DNA of 64,000 nt from Armatimonadota bacterium (GTDB lineage: Bacteria; Armatimonadota; Fimbriimonadia; Fimbriimonadales; GBS-DC), in contig JBBIJY010000001.1 of the NCBI GenBank assembly GCA_037445735.1, positions 133,987-197,986 on the forward strand. Direction: 5' to 3'. Of the stretch, positions 43,168 to 53,195 are shown piece after piece. The notes beneath the pieces are model-generated. The model ran no database searches and had not been told where the DNA came from. It was given only the letters and a program-made list of their open reading frames with translations. Made by a program: the position numbers and the translations under genes. Numbering within the stretch: the first letter of the stretch is position 1; each line of letters begins with the position of its first letter.

Positions 43168-43953
43168 ATGCGACGGCTGAGGTGGTTGCTTGCAGGGGCG
43201 CTGATTCTCGGCGGGTGTCAGCGGGCAGATGAGCGGCAGGCGGCGGAACGCTGGCTCAAAGAGGGCGAGAGGAAACTGCAGGCACGCGATTACACCGGCG
43301 CCGCCGACGCCTTCACCCGCTATGTGAACGAACGCAATAATCTAACCGCTGCGCTTCCGGAGGTCTATCGCGCCTATGTGCGCCAGCGTGCCCTCGAACC
43401 CGCCTATGAGTTTCTGGTAAGGTACGAGCCACGCTCCCGCGAGATCAAGGTCACGGTCGACCGCTCCGACTACTATCGCGTGCTGGGCAATCTGGCGTAT
43501 CAGACAGGTAAAGTGGACGAGGCGTTCCGCTGGTACGAAAAAGCCATCCAGCTCAACAATCAGAACCACGAGGCGTTCAACAACTATGCGTATGCACTGG
43601 CGGAGCAGGGTAAAGAGCTGGAGCGTGCCCTTAAATTAGTGAACCATGCGCTGGCGCTTCGCCCCAGCGCGGGCAGCTATTACGACACGCGTGGCTGGAT
43701 TTACTACAAGCTGGGGCGGTACGAGGAGGCGTTAAAAGATTTGCGCATGGCGGTGGACATCGCACCTCAAACTGCTGAACTGCGCTATCACCTCGCAGCC
43801 GTCTATGCGAAGCTGGGTCGGCAGCAGGACGCGCTGGTCGAACTCGAAAAGGCGCTCGCGCTGGACCCCAGCTACCAGCCCGCGCGCGAGCTTCAGCAGT
43901 CGCTTCAGGGCGCAAAGCCCGAACCGTCCAGCAGCCACTCCGCTGCCCAATAA
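43168..43953 (+). CDS. TPR-repeat lipoprotein
   Basis: Signal with LGGC lipobox; NNYAY.LA, DTRGW.YY..G, YHLA TPR motifs. Confidence 0.85.
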   Translation: MRRLRWLLAGALILGGCQRADERQAAERWLKEGERKLQARDYTGAADAFTRYVNERNNLTAALPEVYRAYVRQRALEPAYEFLVRYEPRSREIKVTVDRSDYYRVLGNLAYQTGKVDEAFRWYEKAIQLNNQNHEAFNNYAYALAEQGKELERALKLVNHALALRPSAGSYYDTRGWIYYKLGRYEEALKDLRMAVDIAPQTAELRYHLAAVYAKLGRQQDALVELEKALALDPSYQPARELQQSLQGAKPEPSSSHSAAQ

Positions 43954-45236
43954 AACCGAATCGGTTCGGGGAGGTCGGGCGGGGGCACAATATCGAGGGT
44001 TATCAGGTTCAGTGTGGCTTGTGGATGGTTGTTCGCTGCGGCGAGCAGCGCCCGCACTTCACGCTCGCGCGTCGCCGAATCGCTCACATCGACACAGACC
44101 TGGATGAGATGGCGCGTGCCATCGGGCGCTATCGCAAGAAAGTCGACCTCGTACCCCTCAGCTGTACGCAGGTAATACACCTCCATCTTGCGGCGCAACA
44201 GCTCAATCAGCACGCTGGTCTCCAGCGCATGCCCCATCGGTACAGGGCGGGGCGACACATAGAAGGGGATAAAACCCATATCGACGGGATAGACCTTGCG
44301 CGGATGAACCCGTTGCTGGGCATGCGAATAGGCGAAGAAGGGCACAGTCTGAACCAGAAAGGCGTCCTGAAGATAATCCAGCATCGCGTGCAGCGTGTCC
44401 TTGCTGACGGTTAATCCCTGCGAGCGCAACGCATTGTAGAACCTGTTCACGCTGAAGGGCGTGCCCGGGTTGCTGAGCAGATGGCGCACGAGGCGACGCA
44501 GCACCGCGATATTGTTCGTCCGATACCGCTCCATCACATCGCGCAGGATAACCCCATCGACATAGCTCATCAGCAGTTCACGCCTGTCCAGGGTTGCCAG
44601 CCCGACCGCTTCCGGGAAGCCACCTTCCACCAGGTACTGGAGCAGGCGCGACTGGATAGCCGTGCGCTGGGCTTTGGGCAATCGGTTAAACGGCAGGTCG
44701 GGTTCCTCACCTGAATGGCGCAGGAACTCCCGAAAGCTGAATGGGAAGATGGGCACCGCAATTACTCGCCCGCGCATGCTGGTGCCCACCTCGTACGCCA
44801 GCATCCGCGCCGATGAACCCGACAGGAAAAGGGTGATGCGCTCGCTGTCCATGAGCCGCCGCGCGAAACTCTCCCAGCCGGGAATACGCTGGATTTCGTC
44901 CAGCAAGAACAGCACCTGCTCCCTGTCACGCGTCTCTGGATAAAGCTGATAGTAGGTCTCCACGATCAGCTGGAGGTCGGTCACCTGCATATCCAGCAGG
45001 CGCTCATCCTCGAAGCTGAAATAGAGGGCATGTTCGCGCGGCATGCCTGCCTGCGTGTGGTGCTGGATCACCTGCCAGAGGAAGGTCGTTTTGCCCGCTC
45101 GCCGCACGCCGATGATGGCATACGCCTTGTTCGGGATAGGAGGCAGGCGCACATCACGACGAGTAAACGACGGCAGCGGGCGCGTGGTGCCCTCCACCAC
45201 CTTCTCATGAATGACCGCTCGCAATTGTCCGTCCAC
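43905..45236 (-). CDS. AAA+ ATPase with DUF4143-type C-terminus
   Basis: GVRRAGKT, LLDEIQ, SGSS, GGFPE, EVDF...LIQV. Confidence 0.88.
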   Translation of the reverse strand: MDGQLRAVIHEKVVEGTTRPLPSFTRRDVRLPPIPNKAYAIIGVRRAGKTTFLWQVIQHHTQAGMPREHALYFSFEDERLLDMQVTDLQLIVETYYQLYPETRDREQVLFLLDEIQRIPGWESFARRLMDSERITLFLSGSSARMLAYEVGTSMRGRVIAVPIFPFSFREFLRHSGEEPDLPFNRLPKAQRTAIQSRLLQYLVEGGFPEAVGLATLDRRELLMSYVDGVILRDVMERYRTNNIAVLRRLVRHLLSNPGTPFSVNRFYNALRSQGLTVSKDTLHAMLDYLQDAFLVQTVPFFAYSHAQQRVHPRKVYPVDMGFIPFYVSPRPVPMGHALETSVLIELLRRKMEVYYLRTAEGYEVDFLAIAPDGTRHLIQVCVDVSDSATREREVRALLAAANNHPQATLNLITLDIVPPPDLPEPIRFYWAAEWLLDGSGFAP

Positions 45237-45379
45237 GAAGGATAATATACCCGCTTTTTGTCCTTCGCGGAAGGATAAATCGATCGAAGCAGGTGGGGAA
45301 CCCTCCCCATGACGGCTGATCAAACAGGACTGGGCCGCTGCCCTCAGCCCGGCGAGGGTTCCCCCCAGGCGCACCTCCC

Positions 45380-45571
45380 CTATTTGCCGCCGTACTTCTT
45401 ATAGGTCGCCTCGTCCACGAACTTGGTCAGCTTGCGCCCGTTGTACTCGGCTTTCAGGGCGTAGCGCACCTGCTTCTTGCCGGACTTGGTGGTCCGCTCA
45501 TACTTGACCGCCTTCACCTGATTGTCCGGCACATCAATCATCTTGCGGTCCTTCACGCTGAAGAACTGCAT
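45380..45571 (-). CDS. Small Lys-rich protein (63 aa), putative nucleoid/DNA-binding
   Basis: Strong AGGAGGGAGG RBS; codons strongly G/C-ending; sequence MQFFSVKDRKMIDV...RYALKAEYNGRKLTKFVD. Confidence 0.8.
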   Translation of the reverse strand: MQFFSVKDRKMIDVPDNQVKAVKYERTTKSGKKQVRYALKAEYNGRKLTKFVDEATYKKYGGK

Positions 45572-45704
45572 AGAGCCTCCCTCCTTACTGGTTGGATTAC
45601 AGACAGGTTCACCTGCCTGCATCGACTCTATTCTACACCATCCTGCACGATTCCTGCTTTTTGCAGGGGAGATTCGGGTCAAAATCGCCTGAAAAAGAGG
45701 CGTT

Positions 45705-48695
45705 TTACCATCGAATCAGCACGGGTTCGAGCGGCTGGAGGGTGAGTCGCCCCTCGATGCGCTCGCCTGTGAGGAGGCTGGTGGCGCGGATGGGCTGCTC
45801 TTTGTCGTTCACGAGGCGCACTGTGATGGGTTTGCGCGTGTAGTTGCAGAGGCTGGCGATGAAGCCGCCCTGATAGGGTGCGCTGCGATAGGCGATGCCC
45901 CATGCAGGCTGACCCTCACTATCCAGCAGGCGCAACGGGCGATTGATGCCCCACTCGTTCAGCAGGCGATTCAGGCGCATCTGGAGCAGGCGGGCGTCCA
46001 GCAGGGGGTCACGATCGATGGTCTGGATGGGCAGGCGTGAGGTGCGCGGGCGACCGTAGCGGTCAAAGCGCAGAATCGGCTCGCCCAGCCCGGCGAACGC
46101 GCCCCCCCGCTGACGATAACTGTCCAGCGCCGCCAGCGCCGAATCGGAAATATACTGCACCGCGGGCAGCACGATGCGCCTGCCCTCGGATGGCAGTTCG
46201 CGTGCCACCGCCTGACGCTCGGTGATAAACCCGACGCGCACGCCCAGCATCGTCAGTGCGATATAAAGATTGTTGCGAGCCACCACCGCATCGGCGCCCT
46301 GCAGTACCAGATCCAGCGGCGAGTGATACAGATAGAGGTCGGGCGGCTGGTTCTGCAACGCGGCGATATAGGGCGCGAAGCGGTTCAAATCGAGCGCGGT
46401 GTGCGCCAGCGATTCGATCAGCGCAGGGCGATGGAGCAGGCTGCCCGCGAAATCGCTGGTGGGGTCATCGGTGCGCTCCCACACCCAGAAGGTGGTCGCC
46501 GACAGTCCGTGCAGCGCCGCCTCCCACAGCGCGGCACGCCCATGCGCGGGCGGCACCACCCGCTGCTCCCGATCCGGGACGATATGGTTCTCCGAGTTGA
46601 AAATGGGCGCGTCGCGCAGGGAGCGCTGCAGGTCGTGCGCCATCAGCGTGCCCACCCAGTCGAACGCCCACTGCGCATCGGGCGCATGCAGATAGTAGAG
46701 GCTGGCATCGTTGCCGTTCAGCTCGCAGAACGGCGCGAACAGCTCGGGGTCGATGCCTGCCCGCTGCCCGCTGTCGCTCAGAAACAGCCCGCTCATCAGC
46801 TTGGCATGCACGGGCACATTCGGCAGGTCGCGTTTGACCGCCTGCGCCAGCGCGCGATGCCAGCTCGCCATCCACTCCTGATTGAACTCGCAGAACTCGG
46901 CATAGGGCGCGCCTTCCGTCGGGATGGGAATCTCCTCCCAGCTCTGATAGTTCGTTTGCCAGCGGGTGTTGAGCGTGATGAGCGTCTTATGGCGGTTGCG
47001 CAGCCATTCGCGCCACTCCTTCAGCTGGAGGGGCGACTGCGGGTCCTCAATATTCACTGGTTCGTTGGAGAGGCAGATGCTGTTGAGCGCGGGCTGATTG
47101 CGCAGATAGGGGGCGAAGCGGGCAATATAGTCGCGCAGCAGGCGCAGGCTCTGCGGGGCGAAGGTGCTGTATTGAATGAAGCCCTCACGCGGCTGGCGCA
47201 GCTCCGGATACTCCTGCAGCGCCCAGTCGGGCATATAGTGGGGGCTGATGAGCAGATCAACGCGCACATTCGCCTGCGCCGCGCGACGCAACACGGGCAG
47301 GATATCGCTCTCCAGCTTCTGCAGGCTGACCTCGCCCTTGCGCGGAAAGATGTCCCGCACGCCCATCTCGATCTGGATGAGATTGAACCCCATGCGGGGG
47401 AGCTTTTCCAGGTCCTCACGCACTTTGCCGAAGTGTCCGAAACCGACGAAGAACACGGGGCGTCGCTCGCGCCGTCCTGTAAGCGGGTCGATCGTGTCGC
47501 CGATCAGCGAGGCGCCTTTGATGTCCACGCGCGAGGTTATATAGCGGGGCACGGTAGGCAGGCGCCGCCTGCCGTTCAGCACCTCGCGGAGCGTGGTATC
47601 CAGCCGTTGCGCCATCGGCTCCATCTCGTCCAGCTGCTGGAAGGCGCGCGGTAGCAGCCCTTTCTGCAAATCGTCAGCCACATAGCGCACGAACTCCTGC
47701 AGGATGGTGAAGCTGGCGAGCGGGTAGGCGATGTCCTGCCCGCGCTGGCGAACGGCGTTGAGCTGCGTCTGCCAGCGGGGTAGCGACTGGCGAACGGCGT
47801 CCAGTCGCTGTTGGGCTGCGCGGCGGGTGAAGAAGCGCAGCGGTCGGCTCGCTTCGACCGCGGGCATGCCAGGCACACTGATGCGAACCTGCAGGCGCTG
47901 GTCGCGGGCGGGCGGCTCACTGAACTGGAACGCGGCGCGCACCATGCCAGCTGGCAAATCGGCTCGCTGCTCCACACGCTGCTCGCCCAGCTGAATCTCC
48001 ACGCGCACGCCCTGTGCCGCCGACGGCAGGTAGAACTCCACCGCCCCACGCCATACAGGGTCTGCCAGATAAACGGAATCGGGCAAATCGGCAAGCGTTA
48101 GCAGGGGGCGGTCGGGTGTCTCGGCGGGCACGAACGCGCTCATCTCGCGACTCGCTTCCAGTTTCAGGTCATCAATATACAGCCCCTTCGTGGGCGCCTC
48201 GATGGTGATGACCAGCTCGAAGTTGGTCTCGTCGCTGGCGGTGGCGAAGGTAATCGCCGCGCGCTTCCACTGCCCGCCCGTGTCTTCGAGGGGCAATCGC
48301 ACGCGCCAGTTCCTGCCGCCGCCCACGAAGCCGAGATAGCTCCCCTGCGCCCTGTAGCGCACGCTCAGCGTGTAGATGCTGCCGGGCTGCACGGGCACAC
48401 CACCCTCATAGCGCAATAAGCCGTACACATTGGAGCCGAACGGGGTTGTGCTGGTGAGCTTCAGGCAGCGCGCGCCCGTCGCCGCGTCGCCCTCCACGAC
48501 GGTCAGGGTCGCATCGGTGTTGCGTTTGTCCCACCGCCAGCCGACAGGCAAGCCGTTCTGAACCTGTTCAAAGCTGCCGTTGCGTATCAGGTTGGGGCGA
48601 ACGGGTGTGGAAACAGGGGTCAGTTGCAGGCTATTCTGGGCATAGGTGGCGCCCATCAGCAGAACCAGCATCAGCCCTCCTGTCAGCCTCCGCAT
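45705..48695 (-). CDS. Secreted GH42/beta-galactosidase-like hydrolase with N-terminal carbohydrate-binding module
   Basis: Signal peptide; NLIRNGSFE...IDD (CBM-like); H..PDW, LSNEP, NSENH. Confidence 0.75.
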   Translation of the reverse strand: MRRLTGGLMLVLLMGATYAQNSLQLTPVSTPVRPNLIRNGSFEQVQNGLPVGWRWDKRNTDATLTVVEGDAATGARCLKLTSTTPFGSNVYGLLRYEGGVPVQPGSIYTLSVRYRAQGSYLGFVGGGRNWRVRLPLEDTGGQWKRAAITFATASDETNFELVITIEAPTKGLYIDDLKLEASREMSAFVPAETPDRPLLTLADLPDSVYLADPVWRGAVEFYLPSAAQGVRVEIQLGEQRVEQRADLPAGMVRAAFQFSEPPARDQRLQVRISVPGMPAVEASRPLRFFTRRAAQQRLDAVRQSLPRWQTQLNAVRQRGQDIAYPLASFTILQEFVRYVADDLQKGLLPRAFQQLDEMEPMAQRLDTTLREVLNGRRRLPTVPRYITSRVDIKGASLIGDTIDPLTGRRERRPVFFVGFGHFGKVREDLEKLPRMGFNLIQIEMGVRDIFPRKGEVSLQKLESDILPVLRRAAQANVRVDLLISPHYMPDWALQEYPELRQPREGFIQYSTFAPQSLRLLRDYIARFAPYLRNQPALNSICLSNEPVNIEDPQSPLQLKEWREWLRNRHKTLITLNTRWQTNYQSWEEIPIPTEGAPYAEFCEFNQEWMASWHRALAQAVKRDLPNVPVHAKLMSGLFLSDSGQRAGIDPELFAPFCELNGNDASLYYLHAPDAQWAFDWVGTLMAHDLQRSLRDAPIFNSENHIVPDREQRVVPPAHGRAALWEAALHGLSATTFWVWERTDDPTSDFAGSLLHRPALIESLAHTALDLNRFAPYIAALQNQPPDLYLYHSPLDLVLQGADAVVARNNLYIALTMLGVRVGFITERQAVARELPSEGRRIVLPAVQYISDSALAALDSYRQRGGAFAGLGEPILRFDRYGRPRTSRLPIQTIDRDPLLDARLLQMRLNRLLNEWGINRPLRLLDSEGQPAWGIAYRSAPYQGGFIASLCNYTRKPITVRLVNDKEQPIRATSLLTGERIEGRLTLQPLEPVLIRW

Positions 48696-48719
48696 GCGCG
48701 TCTCCCTCCATGTGATGGA

Positions 48720-48794
48720 TGGCGCCCCCGGCAGGAATCGAACCTGCGCACCAGGCTCCGGAGGCCTGCGCTCTATCCACTGAGCTACGGGGGC
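48720..48794 (-). tRNA. tRNA-Arg (CCG)
   Basis: GCCCCCG acceptor stem, AGCTCAGTGGATAGAGC D-arm, CAGGC-CT-CCG-GA-GCCTG anticodon arm, GGTTCGATTCC T-arm, encoded CCA. Confidence 0.97.
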
Positions 48795-48839
48795 GCGCCC
48801 TTAATTAATACCCGAATCGGTCATCGGGTATAATCCATC

Positions 48840-49997
48840 GTGTCTGTGAAACATTTCACGGAGGCGGGCATGCGCGTCCCGGAGCTGATCCTGGGCAAAG
48901 AGCTGATGCCCCTGTATGAGAAGGTGCGGAACGGCGAGCGCCTCTCCTTCGAAGATGGGCTGCTGCTCTATCGCACGCCGAACCTTTCGGGTGTCGGCTA
49001 TCTGGCGAATATGGTGCGCGAGCGCCTGCACGGCAATCGCGCCTATTATATCCGCAACCTGCACATCAACTACACCAACATCTGCAACAAAGGCTGCAAG
49101 TTCTGCTCGTTTTATGCGAAGAAGGGCGGACCGAAGCCCTACACACTCACGATGGACGAGGTGCGCGAGCGATTGCGTGCCTACCGCGACATTCCCATCA
49201 CGGAGGTGCATGTGGTTGGCGGGGTGAACCCACGCCTGCCCTATCAATATTATCTCGATCTCATTCACACCATCCGTCAGGAGCGCCCTGAAGTGCATAT
49301 CAAGGCGTTCACCGCGGTGGAATGGGAGGAGATTGCCCGTGTCGCCCGCAAGCCGCTTGGGGAGGTGCTGCTGGAGATGAAGGCGGCAGGGCTGGGCAGC
49401 GTGCCCGGCGGCGGTATTGAGGTGTTGAGCGACCGCATCCACGCCGAGCTGTTCCCCAAAAAGATTGACGGCAGGCGCTGGATGGAGATTGCCCGCGAGA
49501 TTGCCCGCGCGGGTCTGCCCCAGTACGCCACCCTGCTTTACGGCATGGGCGAGACGATGGAAGAGCGTGTTCAACACTTTATCGCCCTGCGCGAGTTGCA
49601 GGACGAAACAGGGCACTTCCTGGCGCTGACCCCGCTCGCGTTCCATCCCGAAGGCACCGAACTGGCGCACCTGCCCCACACCACTGGCTACGACGACCTG
49701 CGCAATATCGCCGTCGCCCGCCTGATGCTCGATAACTTCCCGCATATCAAGTCGTTCTGGATAATGAACACGCCTGCCGTCACGCAGGTTGCGCTCTGGT
49801 ACGGCGCAGACGATGTGGACGGCACGGTGCACGAGTACGAGATTGTGTATCAGGACGATGCGCCGGGCGTGCGCCAGCAGGTGCTGACCCGTGCGCAGCT
49901 GATTCGGCTGATTCGCGAGGCGGGACGCGAGCCTGTGGAGCGCGATAGCCTCTATAATATCGTGTCCAGCGACAGGGAAGGCGCACGGACCGTCTAA
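48840..49997 (+). CDS. mqnE: Aminofutalosine synthase MqnE (radical SAM; futalosine menaquinone pathway)
   Basis: NYTNIC...C.FC.F, HIKAFT.VE, PGGG.E, LQDET, RLMLDNFPHIK.FW; alternative start at ATG 48870. Confidence 0.88.
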   Translation: MSVKHFTEAGMRVPELILGKELMPLYEKVRNGERLSFEDGLLLYRTPNLSGVGYLANMVRERLHGNRAYYIRNLHINYTNICNKGCKFCSFYAKKGGPKPYTLTMDEVRERLRAYRDIPITEVHVVGGVNPRLPYQYYLDLIHTIRQERPEVHIKAFTAVEWEEIARVARKPLGEVLLEMKAAGLGSVPGGGIEVLSDRIHAELFPKKIDGRRWMEIAREIARAGLPQYATLLYGMGETMEERVQHFIALRELQDETGHFLALTPLAFHPEGTELAHLPHTTGYDDLRNIAVARLMLDNFPHIKSFWIMNTPAVTQVALWYGADDVDGTVHEYEIVYQDDAPGVRQQVLTRAQLIRLIREAGREPVERDSLYNIVSSDREGARTV

Positions 49998-50021
49998 ACT
50001 TCTGCATGGAGGGGCTGAACG

Positions 50022-50363
50022 ATGCGATGGATGCGGCGAGCAGTGCTGATAGCGACGGTGGGGCTGTTCGGTTTTTTGAGCGGAGTCGTGTGGATGAAGG
50101 CTGGTCGCGAGGCGCAACGCAAACCGCGCGTGCAGGATTCGGTCGTCGCCCGCGAGTTCAAACTGGTTGACAGCGAGGGTAGGGTGCGTGCCGAGCTGGG
50201 CATTCCGTTCGGTGAGCCCGTGCTGTTCCTGTATGACCGTGCGGGCAAGCCGCGCGCCTGGCTGACGCTGGATAGCCAGGGCAACCCGCGCCTGATGTTT
50301 GTGGACAAAAACGATGCTCCGCTCTGGCAGGCGCCCCCGGCGGAGGCGAAAGCGTCGCCATGA
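50022..50363 (+). CDS. Hypothetical membrane-anchored protein
   Basis: N-terminal TM; repeated L.D..G..RA.L beta motifs. Confidence 0.7.
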   Translation: MRWMRRAVLIATVGLFGFLSGVVWMKAGREAQRKPRVQDSVVAREFKLVDSEGRVRAELGIPFGEPVLFLYDRAGKPRAWLTLDSQGNPRLMFVDKNDAPLWQAPPAEAKASP

Positions 50364-50722
50364 TTGGTGGCATCGGCATCGATTCCATCGAGCTGGGTCG
50401 CATCGAGCGGGTGTGGCGTCGTCAGCCGCGCTTCGTGGAGCGGATTCTGACCCCTGCGGAACGCGACTACTGCCTGCGCTCGCCGCGCCTCGCGCTCCAG
50501 CGCATCGCGGGACGCTGGGCTGCCAAAGAAGCCATCGCCAAAGCCGTCGGGCGACCCCTGCGCTGGCAGGAGGTGGAAATCCTGCCCGATGAATGGGGCG
50601 CACCCCGGGTGCAGCTGTACGGACACTCCGCCCAGCTTGCAGGCGCGGGCAAACTGCTGGTGAGCATCACGCACACCCGCACCGACGCGCTGGCAATCGC
50701 CCTCTGGATTCAGGAGCCATGA
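50360..50722 (+). CDS. acpS: Holo-[ACP] synthase
   Basis: GIGID, AGRWAAKEA..KA, G.P, VSITH. Confidence 0.95.
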   Translation: MIGGIGIDSIELGRIERVWRRQPRFVERILTPAERDYCLRSPRLALQRIAGRWAAKEAIAKAVGRPLRWQEVEILPDEWGAPRVQLYGHSAQLAGAGKLLVSITHTRTDALAIALWIQEP

Positions 50723-51348
50723 AACGAATCGTGATTTTAGTGTCGGGTAAGGCGCGCGGCACGAACATGGCAGCGATTATCGACGCCTGCCAGCGCGGGG
50801 AGATACCCGACAGCCAGGTGGCGCTGGTGATTGGCACACGCGCCGATGCGCCCGCGCTCGAAAAAGCCCGTGAGCGCGGCGTGCCCGCCTGCATCGTCGA
50901 CCCCAGCGCCTTCCCCGACGACGAGGCGTACGGCGACGCGCTCCTGCGCACGCTGAGCGAAGTGCAACCTGATCTTATCTGCCTGGCAGGCTATGTGCGC
51001 CTGCTGCCCGCGAAGGTGGTGCGCGCCTATCCCTATCGCATTCTGAACATCCATCCTGCCCTGTTGCCGCTGTTCGGCGGCAGGGGCATGTACGGTCTGC
51101 GCGTGCATGAAGCCGTGCTGCAAAGCGGCATGAAAGTCGCGGGCTGTACCGTGCATTTTGTGGACGAGCAGTATGACACGGGTCCCATCGTGTTGCAGAG
51201 CGTGATCGAGGTTCGCGATGACGACACGCCCGAAACGCTGGCGGCGCGGCTGCTGCCCGTGGAGCATGCGACCTACATTCGCGCGATTCGGCTCTTTGTG
51301 GAGGGGCGGTTGCGCGTGGAGGGGCGGCGCGTGCGCATCGACGCCTAA
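50719..51348 (+). CDS. purN: Phosphoribosylglycinamide formyltransferase
   Basis: SG..RGTN, LAGY, NIHPALLP, GCTVHFV...YD.GPI, EH. Confidence 0.96.
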   Translation: MKRIVILVSGKARGTNMAAIIDACQRGEIPDSQVALVIGTRADAPALEKARERGVPACIVDPSAFPDDEAYGDALLRTLSEVQPDLICLAGYVRLLPAKVVRAYPYRILNIHPALLPLFGGRGMYGLRVHEAVLQSGMKVAGCTVHFVDEQYDTGPIVLQSVIEVRDDDTPETLAARLLPVEHATYIRAIRLFVEGRLRVEGRRVRIDA

Positions 51349-51785
51349 CGCCAGAACGCGAAGCGCAGGATGCCGTGAACCAGCCATGCCAGGATCAGAA
51401 TAATCAGCCCCCAGTTGAGCAGTAAGGGATGGATGCGGACGCCACGCCGAAACAGCAGCACCATCAGGCTATTGATGCCGAGCGCGAGCGCGCCCATCAG
51501 CACCACAATCCCGAACGGGTTCGCCCGCCAGCCCAGTTGCCAGTCGCCGTGCAGCCACGCGCTCACGCTGGTGGTCAGCCCGCATGAGGGGCATGGGCGA
51601 CCCGTCAGAAAATAGACACTGCACGGGGGCAGGTGCAGCTGCTGGTGCGTGCCGTGTCCCGACGGGTTCGGCTTCAGATACAGTCCCAGCCCGATCAGGG
51701 TCAGCACGCCCAGCACAACCAGCGCGTGCCCGAGCCGCGCTGCCCGATCAACGGGCGTGCAGGCAACAATCTCCACCGCCTTCAT
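51345..51785 (-). CDS. DUF2752-like membrane protein
   Basis: GTHQQL.LPPC....TG.PCPSCGLT......HG......NP. Confidence 0.85.
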   Translation of the reverse strand: MKAVEIVACTPVDRAARLGHALVVLGVLTLIGLGLYLKPNPSGHGTHQQLHLPPCSVYFLTGRPCPSCGLTTSVSAWLHGDWQLGWRANPFGIVVLMGALALGINSLMVLLFRRGVRIHPLLLNWGLIILILAWLVHGILRFAFWR

Positions 51786-52453
51786 AGCAATAGATACTCA
51801 CCCAGAGCTGGCTCGCGCCGCGCCCCATGCGGCTGCGGGATCGGCACACCCAGTCGCCGCGTGAAATCGAACAGCACATGCGCGTCGTTGAGCGGGTAAT
51901 CGTCATCCTCGTGGGCGTACAGCTCGGCGTCCGACTCCCACTCCTCTTCGGTGAGCGGGATCAGGTATGGCTCGATCTCCGCTGGCTCCACTTTGAACAG
52001 GTCGCTGAGCAGGCGCACCTCACCACAGAACTCGGTGATGTCGCCCGCCATCAGCTCCGCCAGCTCCGACGGCAGCGCTGCCAGCACCGATTCAGGGTCA
52101 TTCACATAGGCATCCTGCATCGCGCCGTCCTGAAACACCATGTAGCTCCACAGCTGGCTCTCCTGCAACGCGAAGCTCACCACCGCCGTCTCCAGGTCCT
52201 GCGACAGATGCTGGAGCACCCCATAGAAATCTTCGGCGTCCAGAGCGAAGGTGTCAGGCATAATAAAGCGTTGCCAGCCGTTGAGAGGGGCGAAGCGATA
52301 GAACCGATCCTCGGGGTCCAGCTCCCACTCCTGAAGCGTCGTCTCGTTGGGTTCCAGCTCGATTTCGTAGGCTTGCAGGAATCGCTGGAGCGAGCGGATG
52401 ACCTCGGTGTGATCCTGTGTGCGCACGATCAGATAGTGTATATTGAGTGCCAT
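51782..52453 (-). CDS. Hypothetical acidic protein
   Basis: Coupled to both neighbours; D/E-rich. Confidence 0.7.
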   Translation of the reverse strand: MALNIHYLIVRTQDHTEVIRSLQRFLQAYEIELEPNETTLQEWELDPEDRFYRFAPLNGWQRFIMPDTFALDAEDFYGVLQHLSQDLETAVVSFALQESQLWSYMVFQDGAMQDAYVNDPESVLAALPSELAELMAGDITEFCGEVRLLSDLFKVEPAEIEPYLIPLTEEEWESDAELYAHEDDDYPLNDAHVLFDFTRRLGVPIPQPHGARREPALGEYLLL

Positions 52454-52454
52454 G

Positions 52455-53063
52455 TCAGTCCTCCCCCAGCTGGAAGAGCAGGCTCCAGCTGGTTCGCTGC
52501 TGGATGATGCTGGCGCGCAGTTGCAGTTGCGGGATAGGCTGCCAGACGAAGGCGGCGTTCAGGTTCCGCCCCGTATGCTCGGCAAGGATGAACAGCTGGT
52601 TGGTGAGCGGGATTTCGAAGCCGACGAACAGCGCGGGCATCCCTTCGAAGCCGACGCCCAGATGGAAGCGCAGGTCGTGATCCAGTGGAGTCTCACCCAG
52701 CGTTGGCACACTGTAGGAGAGCGCCAGATAGTAGCCGCGCCCGCTCGCCGTGCGATCGAACAGGTTGACGACACCGACCGACAGCCCGGGCGTGTAGCCC
52801 GCGATTTCGGGGTAGAGGTTCACCTGCACGCCCACAAGATCGGCTTTGCTGCTCTGTCCCGTCTGTGCCGCCGACAGCTCCAGATAGCTGCCCAGCCGAC
52901 AGTTGAACAGCCAGCGCTCGCGCGTCCGATCCGTGCGCAACACGCCCAGCTCCGCCTTGAAGAACTGCGGATAGAGCAGGCGACCCGTCGGCATCTCAAT
53001 CACCCGGTCGGCATATGCCCATCCCGAAAGAAGCAGGGCAAGCGTCACCCAGCCCATTCGCAT
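52455..53063 (-). CDS. Putative outer-membrane beta-barrel protein (YjbH-like)
   Basis: Signal peptide; amphipathic beta strands; MPT, LF.GF, AE......N motifs. Confidence 0.6.
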   Translation of the reverse strand: MRMGWVTLALLLSGWAYADRVIEMPTGRLLYPQFFKAELGVLRTDRTRERWLFNCRLGSYLELSAAQTGQSSKADLVGVQVNLYPEIAGYTPGLSVGVVNLFDRTASGRGYYLALSYSVPTLGETPLDHDLRFHLGVGFEGMPALFVGFEIPLTNQLFILAEHTGRNLNAAFVWQPIPQLQLRASIIQQRTSWSLLFQLGED

Positions 53064-53100
53064 GTCAGAAGTGTACCTGTTTTTTACAGCCCGCGCCCGC

Positions 53101-53176
53101 AATCCGTCCCCAATACAGGGGAAGCGGGATTGCGTTAAACCCCTCCCACAGTGTGGAAGGGGTCCAGGATGAGGGG
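53101..53176. repeat. Degenerate REP-like double hairpin
   Basis: aatccgtcccc...ggggaagcgggatt and ccctcccacagtgtggaaggggtccaggatgagggg. Confidence 0.45.
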
Positions 53177-53195
53177 CAAAGGCAAAAGGTCAGCG

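Noticed and set aside
48720-48794. tRNA as an integration site for an island or prophage
   Set aside because: No integrase nearby and I did not find a duplicated tRNA 3' end in the window
48801-50603. 600-aa minus-strand ORF, and similar long ORFs at 12721-13650, 15857-17479 and 46323-47654
   Set aside because: Antisense or alternative frames of well-supported genes, with no motifs
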